Origin: Nageia nagi
Taxonomy: Eukaryota > Plantae > Pinophyta
DNA length: 64,000 nucleotides
Assembly: GCA_050084985.1 (NCBI GenBank)
Contig: JBITNC010000001.1
Location: 199,206,001 to 199,270,000, forward strand
Reading direction: 5' to 3'
Both the position numbers and the translations under genes were made by a program. Under the pieces are notes generated by a model, which made no database searches, was not told the DNA's origin, and saw nothing but the letters and a program-made list of their open reading frames with translations. Shown one piece after another: positions 13,502 to 25,337 of the stretch (position 1 is its first letter; the number at the start of each line of letters is the position of its first letter).

Positions 13502-14593
13502 ATGTACCTTCAGCTCTAGAACAACAATATGGGATGACTTCTATGAAAATCTGTAGGGTAATTTTAACCTTTGACATATTTGCTTCTAAACACTTGGGTT
13601 GTGGAGCATTAGATGGAGAAGGCTCTACCACTTACAAGTTGAGGAACATTGTTGATGAAACTGCTGAGCATTCATTGTCAAACTCACTTCTCATGTTTCT
13701 TCTCATTGATTTACTCATTACTACTGTCGGTTTTGCTCACTCTTGTCATGATACAACCTTAGAAGATGCTGGAGGATTGAATTTAAATGATACTGAGAGG
13801 TTTGGACAGTTTTTTCTACTAATATACATGTAAAATCAGACCTATTGCATGTAAAATCAGATTTGTTCGCACTTAGTTTGAGGACAATTGGAGGCTTGAA
13901 ACAATTTGGAAACAGCCTTGAAGAATTGTTCTGTGGATGTTATCTAGTTGTCGTATTATTCTTTGGCTCCATTACGAGTTTTAGTAGATTTGGGGGTTGT
14001 TCTTTCATGTTATGGACAAGAGTAATGATAAATGAGCATGGCGAGCAGTTGAGCTTATTGGGAGCTTTCTGGGATCCCACTCCACTCCCAAAGGAGATCG
14101 AGCTTCATTTTTTCTTACATGTTTATTTCCTTCATACAAGCTTGAGGATTCTTGTACACCCTTGATGATTGTGTTGGTAAGCCCAATTAGCCGTACTTCC
14201 ATGAGAGATGCAGATCTGATCAAGTTTGGCATGAGTTTTAGCACCTCATTGATGATACGATTACTTAACTTGAACATCATGGACATTCAAGGGAAGGAGG
14301 CATAGTTTTGGTATGATGACTTCTTGATCAAAGTTGATTGTAGGTTGACTTGGGACCCAGGACTTGCAATCATTGTCATGTGGGGCAGCCAAATGGTTTT
14401 GGGAGGATACATTCTGTTGTGCCTACACAACACCCCCCAAAATTTATGCATTTTGAGGACCCTCAGAATAGTGACAAGGAAGTTGCATAGAAAATAATTT
14501 GTCAAAGGGAATGCATATTTTTTTGGGCTAGCTTTGGGAACATGTTTTAGATTGCATTTTCATGGTAAAGTCAAGATCATACATTTTCCAGCC

Positions 14594-16085
14594 TGTTGCA
14601 TGTTTTTGAGTGAGTCCTTTTGCACTCCTTTCAAACCATGCAACCAGCCTCCTCCTGCGTTTTTCATCCTTGCTATGTAGTGGCACCCTGAAGGCCTTCA
14701 TGTTGCAGGAATTTGTAATTCTGTTTGCATTTCATGTATGTGTTGTTTTGGTCGAAAATGCAAAGGAAAATCACATCCTTTTCAGCTTGTCGCATGTTTT
14801 TGAGTGAGTCCTTTTGCACTCATCCCAAAAGGTGCGACCAGGTTGAAAACTTTCTCGTACTTAGCATTTTTGATGCATGGAAAGTTGTTGCATGTTTTCT
14901 AGTGAGTCCTTTTGCAACCATTAGAAAAGGTGCAACCAAGGTAGCAGTTTCTATACTTAGCATTTTTTTTGAAATGAAAGCTGTTGCATGTTTTTCAATG
15001 AGTTGTTTTGCACTCACCAAAAACAATGCGACTGGAATGGAGATTTCATACCTAGCACTTTTTTCAGAGCTATGAGTTGTCACATGTTTTTGAGTGAGTC
15101 CTTTTGCACTCGTCCAAAATGATGCGACCAAGGAGAAAAGTTCTTAGTCATTTTTATGGTCATCAAAGCTAGTCGCATGCTTTTCAATGAGTCCTTTTGC
15201 ATCCTACTTGAACCACTACTAGAATCACTAAGGGAAAATTGGCTTAGTGTCGGGTCTTGTTTGTTGACAAGTGGAAGCTCATAAATTGGACCTCCTTCTG
15301 CACCTATCACATGGCGACACCTATCCTATCCAGGGGACTATAAAAGGGAAGTCAGCCCCATTATTTCAGTTTGCTATCTTGTCTGGAGCAGAGCGTGGAG
15401 CTAAGGAAAACAGGGCACCCCGTCCGAAACGTATGACCAAGGTTTGAATAGCATTTTTCGAGGTATTTTGGAATTTCTGGTCTTGGGAAGCATGCCAGAA
15501 CCTAGGTGCAAGGATTTCGAGTTGTGCTTTTGCACTCATCAAAAACAGTGCGACCAAGGGGTTAAAACTTCAATGTCAAGTTGAAAATCAGCTAAGTGTT
15601 TGGAAGACTAGTTGCATGCTTTTCATCACATGCTTTTGCACCTTTGAAGAAACATGCACCCTTGTTCTTACTCCACTATTTGACCCCTAGATGGACCAAT
15701 CAATAGGTGACACCTGGCAGTACATGAATCTATAAATATCCCTTCACCCCTTAATCATTTGAAACATTCCATTTCAGAATCACCACCTTTTTCTAGTCGC
15801 ACCATTTCTTATGCATGCTTAGGCACTCATTCCAAATCGTGTGACCAAGAAGAAGGAAGGTTTTTGGGGTACATTGCGCATCTAGTCAGCCTTTTTGGCT
15901 GAGGCATTTCAGTTCAGCCCTTGAGCCTAGTCGCATGTTTTCAAATCTATGCTCAAAGCATTCATCCAAAACCATGCGCCTAGATTTGAAGTAGAGAATT
16001 TTGTTCCAGAATTTGACCAAGAGGCTCTAGGCCTAGTCGCATGCTTTTCAAGCTATGCTTTGGCACCCATCCAAAATTTTCGTCC
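14594..16085 (+). repeat. Array of ~11 degenerate ~50-bp units bounded by inverted GTYGCA...TGCRAC (~96-bp period in 14789-15220)
   Basis: Example gtcgca(14789)-N38-tgcgac(14833). Further units at ~14594, 14887, 14983, 15079, 15172, 15520, 15611, 15796, 15930 and 16036. Mirrored in B1 at ~8350-9740. Confidence 0.8.
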
Positions 16086-16138
16086 AGATTGGTTAGATGT
16101 CAGGAGTTGAAAGGTGAGGAGATAAGTGACATTCTTGC

Positions 16139-19100
16139 ATGGCTTCAAGCATCAGAGCACCTCCATTGAGGAACAAGAAGGTTTAGGGTCAGTTATTCGA
16201 AAGACATGTAACTAAAAGCCAGATGACCCGACTTTTGAAAGAAAGCCTAATTGAATTTCAGGAGAAAGAGAAACGAAAACTTCATGAAGCCAAATTCAAG
16301 GGAAGACATATCTTTGTTGTTGACACCGATTGGGGAAACTTGGACCCCATCTAGGCATTGGCCTCCACATCCTCCATCAGCCAAGAGGACTTGTCGGAGG
16401 AGCTCATCCACACATGCGGCTTGTTCAACGTCGCTATGATGCATTTGCAGTACCTTTTCCTAACCTATGCAGTGAAGTAGCCAAGAAATGTGGATATGAC
16501 AAGAGGGTCCTGTGGGACACAGAAGGCAACGTGATCATGGATTTTTTCCCTGCTGGAATTGAAGTAGCCTTCGGTTGGAAAAGGTATAGGGACGATTACA
16601 CATTGGCCTATTTTGAGGAGTTCCATGATTCCACAACTCAACTTGGGGACTACATTCGGCCCTGGTTGCTGGAAGATTATCAAAACCTTCAAGGTCAGAG
16701 ATTGATCGGCACACGGAGAGAGGACTTTCTGCCTACTGTGGCAAAGTTGATCACTCTCCTGTTGAGGGTGATTGGTCAGGAAAATGATGCCATATATAGG
16801 AAGGAGTTCACGGGCTTTATTGTAGTCATCAGTTTAGGGAAACTTATTCGATGGGTTGGGGTGATCAGTGATGCCCTACGCCACCAATTAGCCTATTCTG
16901 GCTCCTCAAAGAGATTCTACATGAACTCTTATCTTGTGTACCCGTTGTTGGATGGCAAAGTTAGATCCAAGGAGTTGGCTGATGAAAGGTACTTAGGGAA
17001 GAAGAACGTCCCTGTGTGGAGAGCTTACCAGAGATGGTGGTACCAGAACAAGTTCCAGTATTTCTATGAGAGGACTGATCATTGGGAATATGATATCTAC
17101 AAGGATATTTAAGGGGAATCTGTTGTGAAGAGGATTTCTGATGTAGCTGTTCAAGCCATCAGCATACATGCAAATTTCTTTCTGCAAGACGCTAACTTTA
17201 CCTATATTAGAGTCTATGGTTGGAGGAGCAACCCCTACTCCTACCAAAGTTTTCCAGTGACAGGTTGATTCTCATGAAGTTTGCCAAGAAACTCTTGTTC
17301 TTGAAGGAGAAGGTTTGGAAGAAGAAGAACGCTACAATCAATTTGCCTATTTCTATATCCAAGTATGTGTGTTAGACGTGGGTTAAGGCAGCCCATATAA
17401 GGGAGGAGTTGCAATACTATAACTTCTTCAGGGAGGTTGCTGATAGGAATTATGATTCTTAGGGCATAGTTGTACATTTCTATGACATCGCGTTTAACGG
17501 CTTATTGCATTTCCGTATAAGCCTTTAGGGAATGAAGAGAGGTATAGGAAAGTGTGGGATGAAGGGGAGATTGCGTGGATAAATGTTGCTTTGAGCAAGA
17601 AGAAGGCTCCCCTCTAGACAGAAAAGCCCCCTCAAAGACCTTGAACTACCAAGCCCCGATCTAAAGAGGTCTCTCTCAAGATCAAATCTCCTTCTCCTGC
17701 TCATACTACATCTTCACCAAGAAAGACACTCTTGCTTCCTGTAGGAAAGAGGCAAGAGGCTCTGAGGGAACCTATCCCATGACATAGCAAGCGCATCATG
17801 GTGATGGCAAATCTCAAATACGTTGGCTATCATGCTCTCCTCTCGGATGTGCTAGATGTAGTAAATGTGGCTTGTGCTAGTAATTCAACCATCAAAGCAA
17901 TCCCTTCCCGATCAGTTCATTCTCCTAGGTGTAGGGAGAAAGTTCCCCCTTTACAACCAAGTTCCAGTTCCAGCTCTGAGTGTTCACTTCTTCTGGTGAA
18001 GAAACTGATGAGGACCCTAGCCGTGCGGTGGAAGATTCTGGAAAAGAATTGGAAAGCCGTAGTGAAAGAGAAGAAGAAGATGATGATGTTGACAATACTG
18101 CCAGTATTCCTGAGCAGGAGGACGTACTTGTAGGTGCTTAAGCACCTGATGACCATATAATGAGATAGTGGACGTCGGTACTTATGATGATGACATCCAG
18201 ATAATTGGAGAGAGGTGTGCTAGGGAAGTGGCTACCTCCAAATCCTCTCCTGCCAAACATAGGAAGAAGTCCCCTTCTTCGCATAAGTCCTCCACAAAGA
18301 GGACGAGTCATGAGAGATCTCAGCCACGAAACAAAGGCATGTCCATAGGCAATGATGAAGGAGATGACAAAGATGAAGGATAAACTGAGGAGCAAAATAA
18401 GAAAAGGAGGCAGGAAGAGCATTAGGGAAAAGAGATAACCCTAGTTCAGACCACTCCAACAAAGGGGTCAAGAAGATTGATAGAGGAAGATTGTTGGTTC
18501 AGATATTTCCCCCTCAACCAACAACCGAACACCATGATCTTGACATGGATGTTTGTCTTAGAGCCCTATGAGCACAGGCCATGATGAAGACATAGATGAG
18601 GACATACGCTCTGAAGATGAAGAGGAAGAGCTTTCGGATGGCGAGAAGACTCGAAGGGTTGACACTTTCGTCTCCACCTCTCGAAAAGAGATCTTCGTTA
18701 GCCATTGCTATTCGAAGGAGAAGCACTCTCAAAGAGTGGAGGACTGTGTTATTGAAATGTTCAAGATGCCTGCGAAATTGGGGTTGACAGCCAGAAAGCA
18801 CATAGTTACACAAAATGCTGCAGTCATGGAGCAAGAAGGATACGAAACCCAAAAAGAGGTGAAGAGGTTGAAGAAGGAACTCACGGCTAGCAGGAAAATC
18901 ATCAAAGAGTTCTAGAAGGTTAGCACCACCCCCTTAGATCTATAGAGGCAGACTTCTTTCCATGAAGGGTGGGAATTGATGAAGGAACAACTTAAGGAGT
19001 TGATGGAGGCTATCGAAAAATTGTCTTCACAAATTTACAAGTTGATTGTTGAAGGTGTTGAAATCAAAGACCTCAAGGCAAGCATCTCAACGCACCTTGG

Positions 19101-19660
19101 CAAGTTGGATACTTATCTTCCCAACGTCTCCCACCTGTAGCACATTTTTGCTGACAACCCAGAAAAATTAGTCTATTGCCACGAGTTCACCTATAATCAC
19201 GATTGGTTGAACCATGCACTCAAGAAGTGCAATGCTGTCCTAAAAACTAGAATCCCCTTGAGAAAGGAGGTCAAGGAACAAATGAGTGATTATATCTATC
19301 AACTCAAGTTCCAAGGGGAGGAAAACAATGTTAGGAAGAAGGAAGCAATAATGGCAGAGGCTCAGAATCTGTTGCAGGAGCATCTTGATATTGATGACCT
19401 CAGTTTGCTGAAGGCAGGGCATCCCATCATCCATGAGGGGTGGATGGTCATCTGGAGACACTAGATGTAGGCTACATCAAAGAAGATTGAAGATTATTTT
19501 TGGCAGAATGGCAGCATTGTTGGCATGATTTCTAGGGGCGTGCGGAAGACTGTGGCATTCTTGGAGGAGACCATTGAGTCGTGCGGTCTCATCAGTGAAG
19601 AATGGAACTCCACTAGTATCAAATCAGATCTGGCCTAGGTTTAATCCACCTGTAGACTTC
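16139..19660 (+). pseudogene. Degenerate ~1,170-codon ORF of unit B2
   Basis: ATG at 16139 (MASSIRAPP...), then DTDWGNLDP, VPFPNLCSEVA, KRFYMNSYLVY, WWYQNKF, an S/E/K-rich middle and a coiled-coil-like C-terminus. Many stops are TAG codons. 3' end is approximate. Confidence 0.8.
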
Positions 19661-22092
19661 GTCTGCGATATCCTATTTTGTGTTTAATGCACATTTGATG
19701 TTGGTTGATTATGCCAGACTATATTTCATTGGATTTGACTGGTGTAGGGATGAGGTTTTGCTCCCGCTAGATCAAATTCGTCAGACTCTTTTATGGCTTT
19801 GACTGGTGCAGGGTTGAGGTTTTGCTCCCGCCGGTCTAGATGTCAGACTTTTCAAACCTTTTATTGCATATCAGATTTGCTTTTGCATAGATTAGAGGTA
19901 GATTAGATGCATCTTGTTGGTGGCATTCATATTTTGTCAGCTTTTGAGTGCCACTTGCGTAGTTTTGTATGGCAATATGATTTTTTATTGATATGCATGT
20001 TGCGTGTGTGCACACCATATCAGATTTGATGCCTTTAGAAGGGGATTTTGGAACTAGGGATTTTGCATTGGATTTTCGCAAGAGAAATTTTTGCATTGGA
20101 CTTTTGCATATGAAATATTTACATTGGAGGATCTCTGCAATTTTGCATCCAAACTGTTGCATGATTTCACGCATTGTTGCATATGTGAGACTCTACATTT
20201 AATGGAAATATCATATATTTGGGTTCTTGCACCTTTGATATTCTGGCTATCAAGTCTATGTATGTAATCATTTTGAGCCATTGCATCTTTTAGTATTTAC
20301 ATTCCATTGCATAGAAGATTGTTGCATAAGGGGTTCTATGCATGTCCATTATTGAATATCATTATGAATGTATATCTCTTGAGGAATGAGATTGTAAAGT
20401 TTATATTGTGAAGGATATCATTTGTGGGATTGTGCATATCTGAATGGTTCACTCTTGAGGTTGCACATTGAATATCCATTTGGTTGGTTTGAGTTGTTCT
20501 TTGCATGATTTGCACGTAAGTGAATGTATTTTGAGGCCTATAGCGTGTCTTTATATCATTTGGTTAGGTTCTTGCACTCACATCCTCACCTCACCTATAT
20601 CCTTCCCACCGAGTCTTCCACCGAGACCCAACAACTTCTTGCTCTCGTTTGGTAGTGATTTGGGCATATTTGCTATTTGATGCCTGGCTTGATAGTGAGT
20701 GCATCAACCTTAATGAATCTGAGGATGACCTGCCGAGACACTGCATCACTGATGATACTTTCATAAGCCTTTCTTTCCTCGTGTTCACTTGCATTTATCC
20801 TTGTGTTCGTCCTTGCATTTGTGATCTTTCTTCGCTTTCGTTCATATATGTAGTCTTTCCTCATTGTAGAAAGGATCTCCGACATTTATTTCCCTTGTAT
20901 ACAGTTAACAACATGCATCTTTGACTACTAAGCCTTGAAGACCATATTCCATGTGAGCGCTTGGGGTAACCATTCCTTTCATGCGGAAACAAATAACGTT
21001 ATTTCCTCCAAGTCTTGTGCATGTTTTGGACTAGGAAAGAAAAACATACGAACACATTCATTGCTTGAGGACAAGCAATTTTGGGAAGGGCGGACTTGTA
21101 GTGTCCCCAATTTTGAGAAACCTTGTTAAAGGCATAACTTCCGTCACATGTCTTGGATCACTAATTTGTCTTTTGGAATAGATGGAGAATCTTTTGTTAA
21201 TCTTTTGATAGGTCACATGATTGGTTTTGTCAAGAAACAAGGAAGATATGGACTTTGGAAGTTCACCCAGGAAACTAGAATTCTAATGTCACGGCCATGG
21301 AAAAGTCAACTAAGAGAAGGTTATTTTATTCCAAGTCAGCCAGGAGTTTAATTATTGGTAATTTCAAGGTAAAAGCACCTATACAAGGAGGAAAGGTTTT
21401 CCACTTGAAGAACATCATAATTTGGCATTTGATCTTGGATCATCTCGGAGATGGGGATGCACCCCTCTCTTCCGTCTATGGTCTAGGGCTGCTCCCTAGC
21501 CTAGAAGTGACATATTTGCAATTACATACACATGGAGAGCTTGCGCCAACATTGGAGGACCTTCTAGCCCTAGTTCTAGACCTTAGGAGTTATCTAAAGA
21601 CTTGTGCTAGCCATTCTTGGTACTTGGAGACTTGCGCCAGCCATTATATGTCTTTGTTGTGCACTTTTGGAGTGTTGGGCTTTGCCCTAGAATTTGTTAT
21701 AGGCTTGTTACAGTGCTATACTTACTCTTGGTTATTATTCTTGATATTTGGCTCTCATATTTCTCATCAAATGTGAATGAATATTATTCTACTACTGATG
21801 TACTGTTATCATTCGTTGTGCATGGGAATGTATGCAGATTAGAGTGTTTTGGATGCATATTACTGTCATGTTATAAATCTGCAATTGTGCCCTAGTTTGG
21901 TTGGTTTCGCATGTTGTATGAGCTTCTTCACTGCTATATATCAGATCTGGTTATAGTTATAATATTTCAGTCTTGAGAGCATTATTAGATGGTGAATGAG
22001 CATTTATTATTGTGCCCTAATTTGTGAATGAATGCGAAATTTGGTTGAGTAATTGTGCATGTTTAGCATAAGCCCTAGAAGGGTACATTACA

Positions 22093-25000
22093 TAACTCTC
22101 CAACATCAAATTTGAAAGCTAAGGCAAGTACCCCAACTTGCATGTTTTCAATCTTTAAAAATTGTAAACTCAATATTGATGTGAACTAGATTTTAAAGCT
22201 AGCTTTTAGTTGCATATCATTAGAGTTTGAAAATCCTAGACCGCACGCCTCTAAACTTTGACAGATTTAAATGAGGAATTAATAAGAATTAGATTAAGGA
22301 AAAATCAATGAAAATTCTTGGTTGCATATCACTAACCTTTAAGAAATCTGAACCAAGAAAAGATGCAAATAGGATTTTAAATTAAGTCTTTGGTTGCATC
22401 ATTCCCATCTTAAAAAATTCTATACCTCAAGGAGATGCAACCTAGATTTAGGAGACCTTCCTTCGTTGCACACTTTGAAGCTTTGAAAATTCCAAACCCA
22501 GAAAGCATGCGACCAAGATTCAGACCATAACCCTTAATCTCATGTGCTCAAACTTTGAAAATTTTAAATCCCAAAACGTGAGACTAGTCTTCAACCTCCC
22601 CCCCGACTTGCAAATTGCCTAAATCTTGAAAATACCAGCCATCATAAATTCCTTACTAGCTGAAATTCGTCAATCCTCTACTATTATAAGTCTTCTATGA
22701 ACCAATACTTGCCCGACTAACTATTCATTTTTTTAAAACAATTATATATTCTGAACCAAGATCTCTTTCTCTCAGAGAGAATGGGACAAGCAAATAGGCC
22801 AACTAAAAGTGGATATCAAGATAGCATTGGAAAAACAAGGGAGTACTCTACTTCCAAATGCCAATCTCAAAAATGGCCTTGCCAAGATAAGAGACACTAA
22901 TTAGTTCCAAATGGATCCAACTAAGATGTTGGAAGTGGTCATGAAGATGAAAGAGGGGGAATTGCGAGAAGACTTGTTGCATAAATCCGGGCTGTTTATA
23001 GCAGCAGTCATACCTTTCACAACCCCTTTCTCGGAATTGTGCTTCATGATTGGATCAATATGCGACCAACAAAAGAGGATCCTCCTCAATGCTAAGGGGA
23101 GACAAATTATGGATTTCAATAAGGAAGGGATTGAAAGGGCCTTCGAATGGACTGATGCAGCCATGATTCACATTGAGGAGGATTCCATAGCATTTTATGA
23201 GGCATCCAAAAAACTAGGAAGCTTAATTAGATATTGGTTGGTCGATGATTGCAAAGGGCATCATGAGAAACAACTGATAAATCCTAAACTTATCGAATTC
23301 TATCCTATGGTGTCAAAGATTATATGCTTACTATCCAAAGTACTAAGGAAAGAAGACTTGAAGTTGAGAAAAGAATATGCAAGGTTCATATTCCAGATTA
23401 ATAGAGGAAGAACCATCAGATGGAGCCAAGTTATCAATAATTCTATGGTGAAACAACTAGCCCAAATAGCCATAACTAAGAGGTTCTATATGAACTCGTA
23501 TCTGGTATATCTATTACTTCATGGTAAACAAAGGAATTCGGTGCATGGCAATATAGATGTACTAACAAAATCCCAATTTCGATGGGTTATCTTAGATGGA
23601 AGGTTGGAAATTGCTGGAATGATTTCATTACGAGCAATGATGGGTGGGAATACCAAATATATAGGGAACTTAAAGGGCATCACCATGTGAAGAGAATCTT
23701 AGAGGCTGTAATAGAGGAACTTAGAGGGCACACAAATTTCTGCATGAAAGAAGTGAAGACCACCTATATCAGGGTATACGGATTAGAGGAAGCTCCTTAT
23801 CGCTCTCACGATACATCAACGACAAAATTATACTAATGGATTTTTTGTCGACAACTTTCTTTCTTACACTCACATGTGGAAGAAGTTGACAACAATCAAT
23901 CTGCCTATCGTTGTCGGATAGTACGCTTGGACCAATTGGACGAACGTACCCACTATGTAGTAGGAACTTGATCTCTATGGATTCAACACGGAGATAAGGG
24001 CGCAACACTACGATCTTGATCACAAGATGCATGCCTTTAATAAAAAGTACCTCAAATGCCCCTATATTCACAAATGATTGAATAGAATAGAAAAATATAG
24101 AAACATTAGGGATGAGGTGGAGATTCAAAGGATACACATCCAACTAGCCAGAGCGAAGAACGAAACAACAAAGAAAAACAAGGAGATATCCAAAAGGTCC
24201 TTTGCCATCGATTCTGACCCTATAATTAAAGAAAAACCTACCTCACCTTCAATCAAAGGAAGACAAGACCGACTAGGCCAATATGCCACAATGGATATCC
24301 TAGGAAAGTAGGTCCAAGAAATTGTACAAGAGGTTGGAAAAGATGTAGCAACGTTAATAGGTGTAGAATACCAGACACATCCCTTTGAGGAGTTGGATGA
24401 CACTGCCATAGGTAAAAATGTCAGCCTAAATTGGGGTGAAATGATCAGTTCGCCATTCGTCACTACCCCACCACATGAAATCCATCAAAGCCAATCCGAG
24501 CCTATGGACTCACAACCACTAGAGAGCCCAACTCCACCTTATGCTCACGAACCCCAATGAGAAGAGCATTCAAGTCCTCTCCACGATCATAGTTCACAGA
24601 CTCCACACCATACAACCACCCCTAATCTTGAACACAACTCCTTGTCATCATCATATTCATGTACTTCATCCTCTAGTTCAGACGAGGAAGACCAGTCTAG
24701 CAAAGGTGGCAAAGAAGTAGACCAAGGAAAAGAGCCCCCAAAAGAAAATCCCCACCATTAGTTGAATGTAGATGTATGCACATATTCCAGTGACAAGGGA
24801 AGTGTCAGGATAGAAGATGATAACAACAAAATGCACTCTGAGTTAGATGAAGTCCTCAAAATACCTAACCCTATAGGCCAAGTTACTCAAATGGCGTCCT
24901 CTAAGTATTCTACTCCCAAGAGTAGGAAAAAATCAACAAAATCTCATAAGGAGACTAAGAGGACTTATCCTTGGAAAGCATCTAAACCTAGAGGGTTAGC

Positions 25001-25337
25001 ATCCAATTTAGTAGGAGGTGGGGGAATGAAGAAGATGAAGGTGAAGATGAAGAACAACACAAGAAGTGGAAGCAAATTGAGCATGACGGTAAACAAAACA
25101 CAATAGTTGAAGATCTCCCCTTAAAGCAGTTCCAACCTCAAGTGCAAAAGAGTTGGGACTTCGACATGGAAATGTGTGCCAAGGCACTATAGGTATATGC
25201 TTTAGATAAGGTGGATGATAAAGAGGAAGAAGATGAAGATGATGTTCCTGAAGGTGAAATCCCTCCAAACTATAGCATCAATACGTTCGTTGCTATGAAC
25301 AAAACCACAAGCTCGATTAATAAGCTCTCCACGAGCA
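22093..25337 (+). mobile_element. Unit C: diverged, truncated relative of unit B (repeat array plus homologous ORF at ~22781-25337)
   Basis: ORF 22911-23690 (MDPTKML...PFSELC...IRWSQVINNSMVKQL...KRFYMNSYLVYLLLHG) is homologous to the B ORFs. Preceded by ~72-bp repeats with GTTGCA-N37-TGCRAC at ~22130-22620. Confidence 0.75.

Larger units (their letters stand above)
14415..21054 (+). mobile_element. Unit B2: 6,640-bp TG...CA element (giant solo-LTR-like) with an internal long ORF
   Basis: TGTTGTGCC...CATACGAACA with perfect TSD CATTC at 14410-14414 and 21055-21059. No terminal direct repeats, PBS or gag/pol inside. Confidence 0.92.
13502..22092 (+). mobile_element. 3' part of gypsy element H2 (internal 13502-14414 and 21060-21096; 3' LTR 21097-22092), host of B2
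   Basis: LEDKQFWEG, then PPT gggaagggcgg, then LTR TGTAGTG...CATTACA related to the H1 LTR. No RT/INT motifs in the visible internal part. Confidence 0.75.

Noticed and set aside
14789-15220. CRISPR-like repeat-spacer appearance
   Set aside because: The spacers are homologous to each other (shared tacttagcattttt), the repeats are degenerate, there are no cas genes and the context is eukaryotic. It is a diverged tandem repeat.
16330-17112. ORFs 16330-17112, 6963-7406 and 22911-23690 as a host multigene family
   Set aside because: Two of them sit inside TSD-bounded mobile units, and all are intronless and decayed. Treated as TE-borne.
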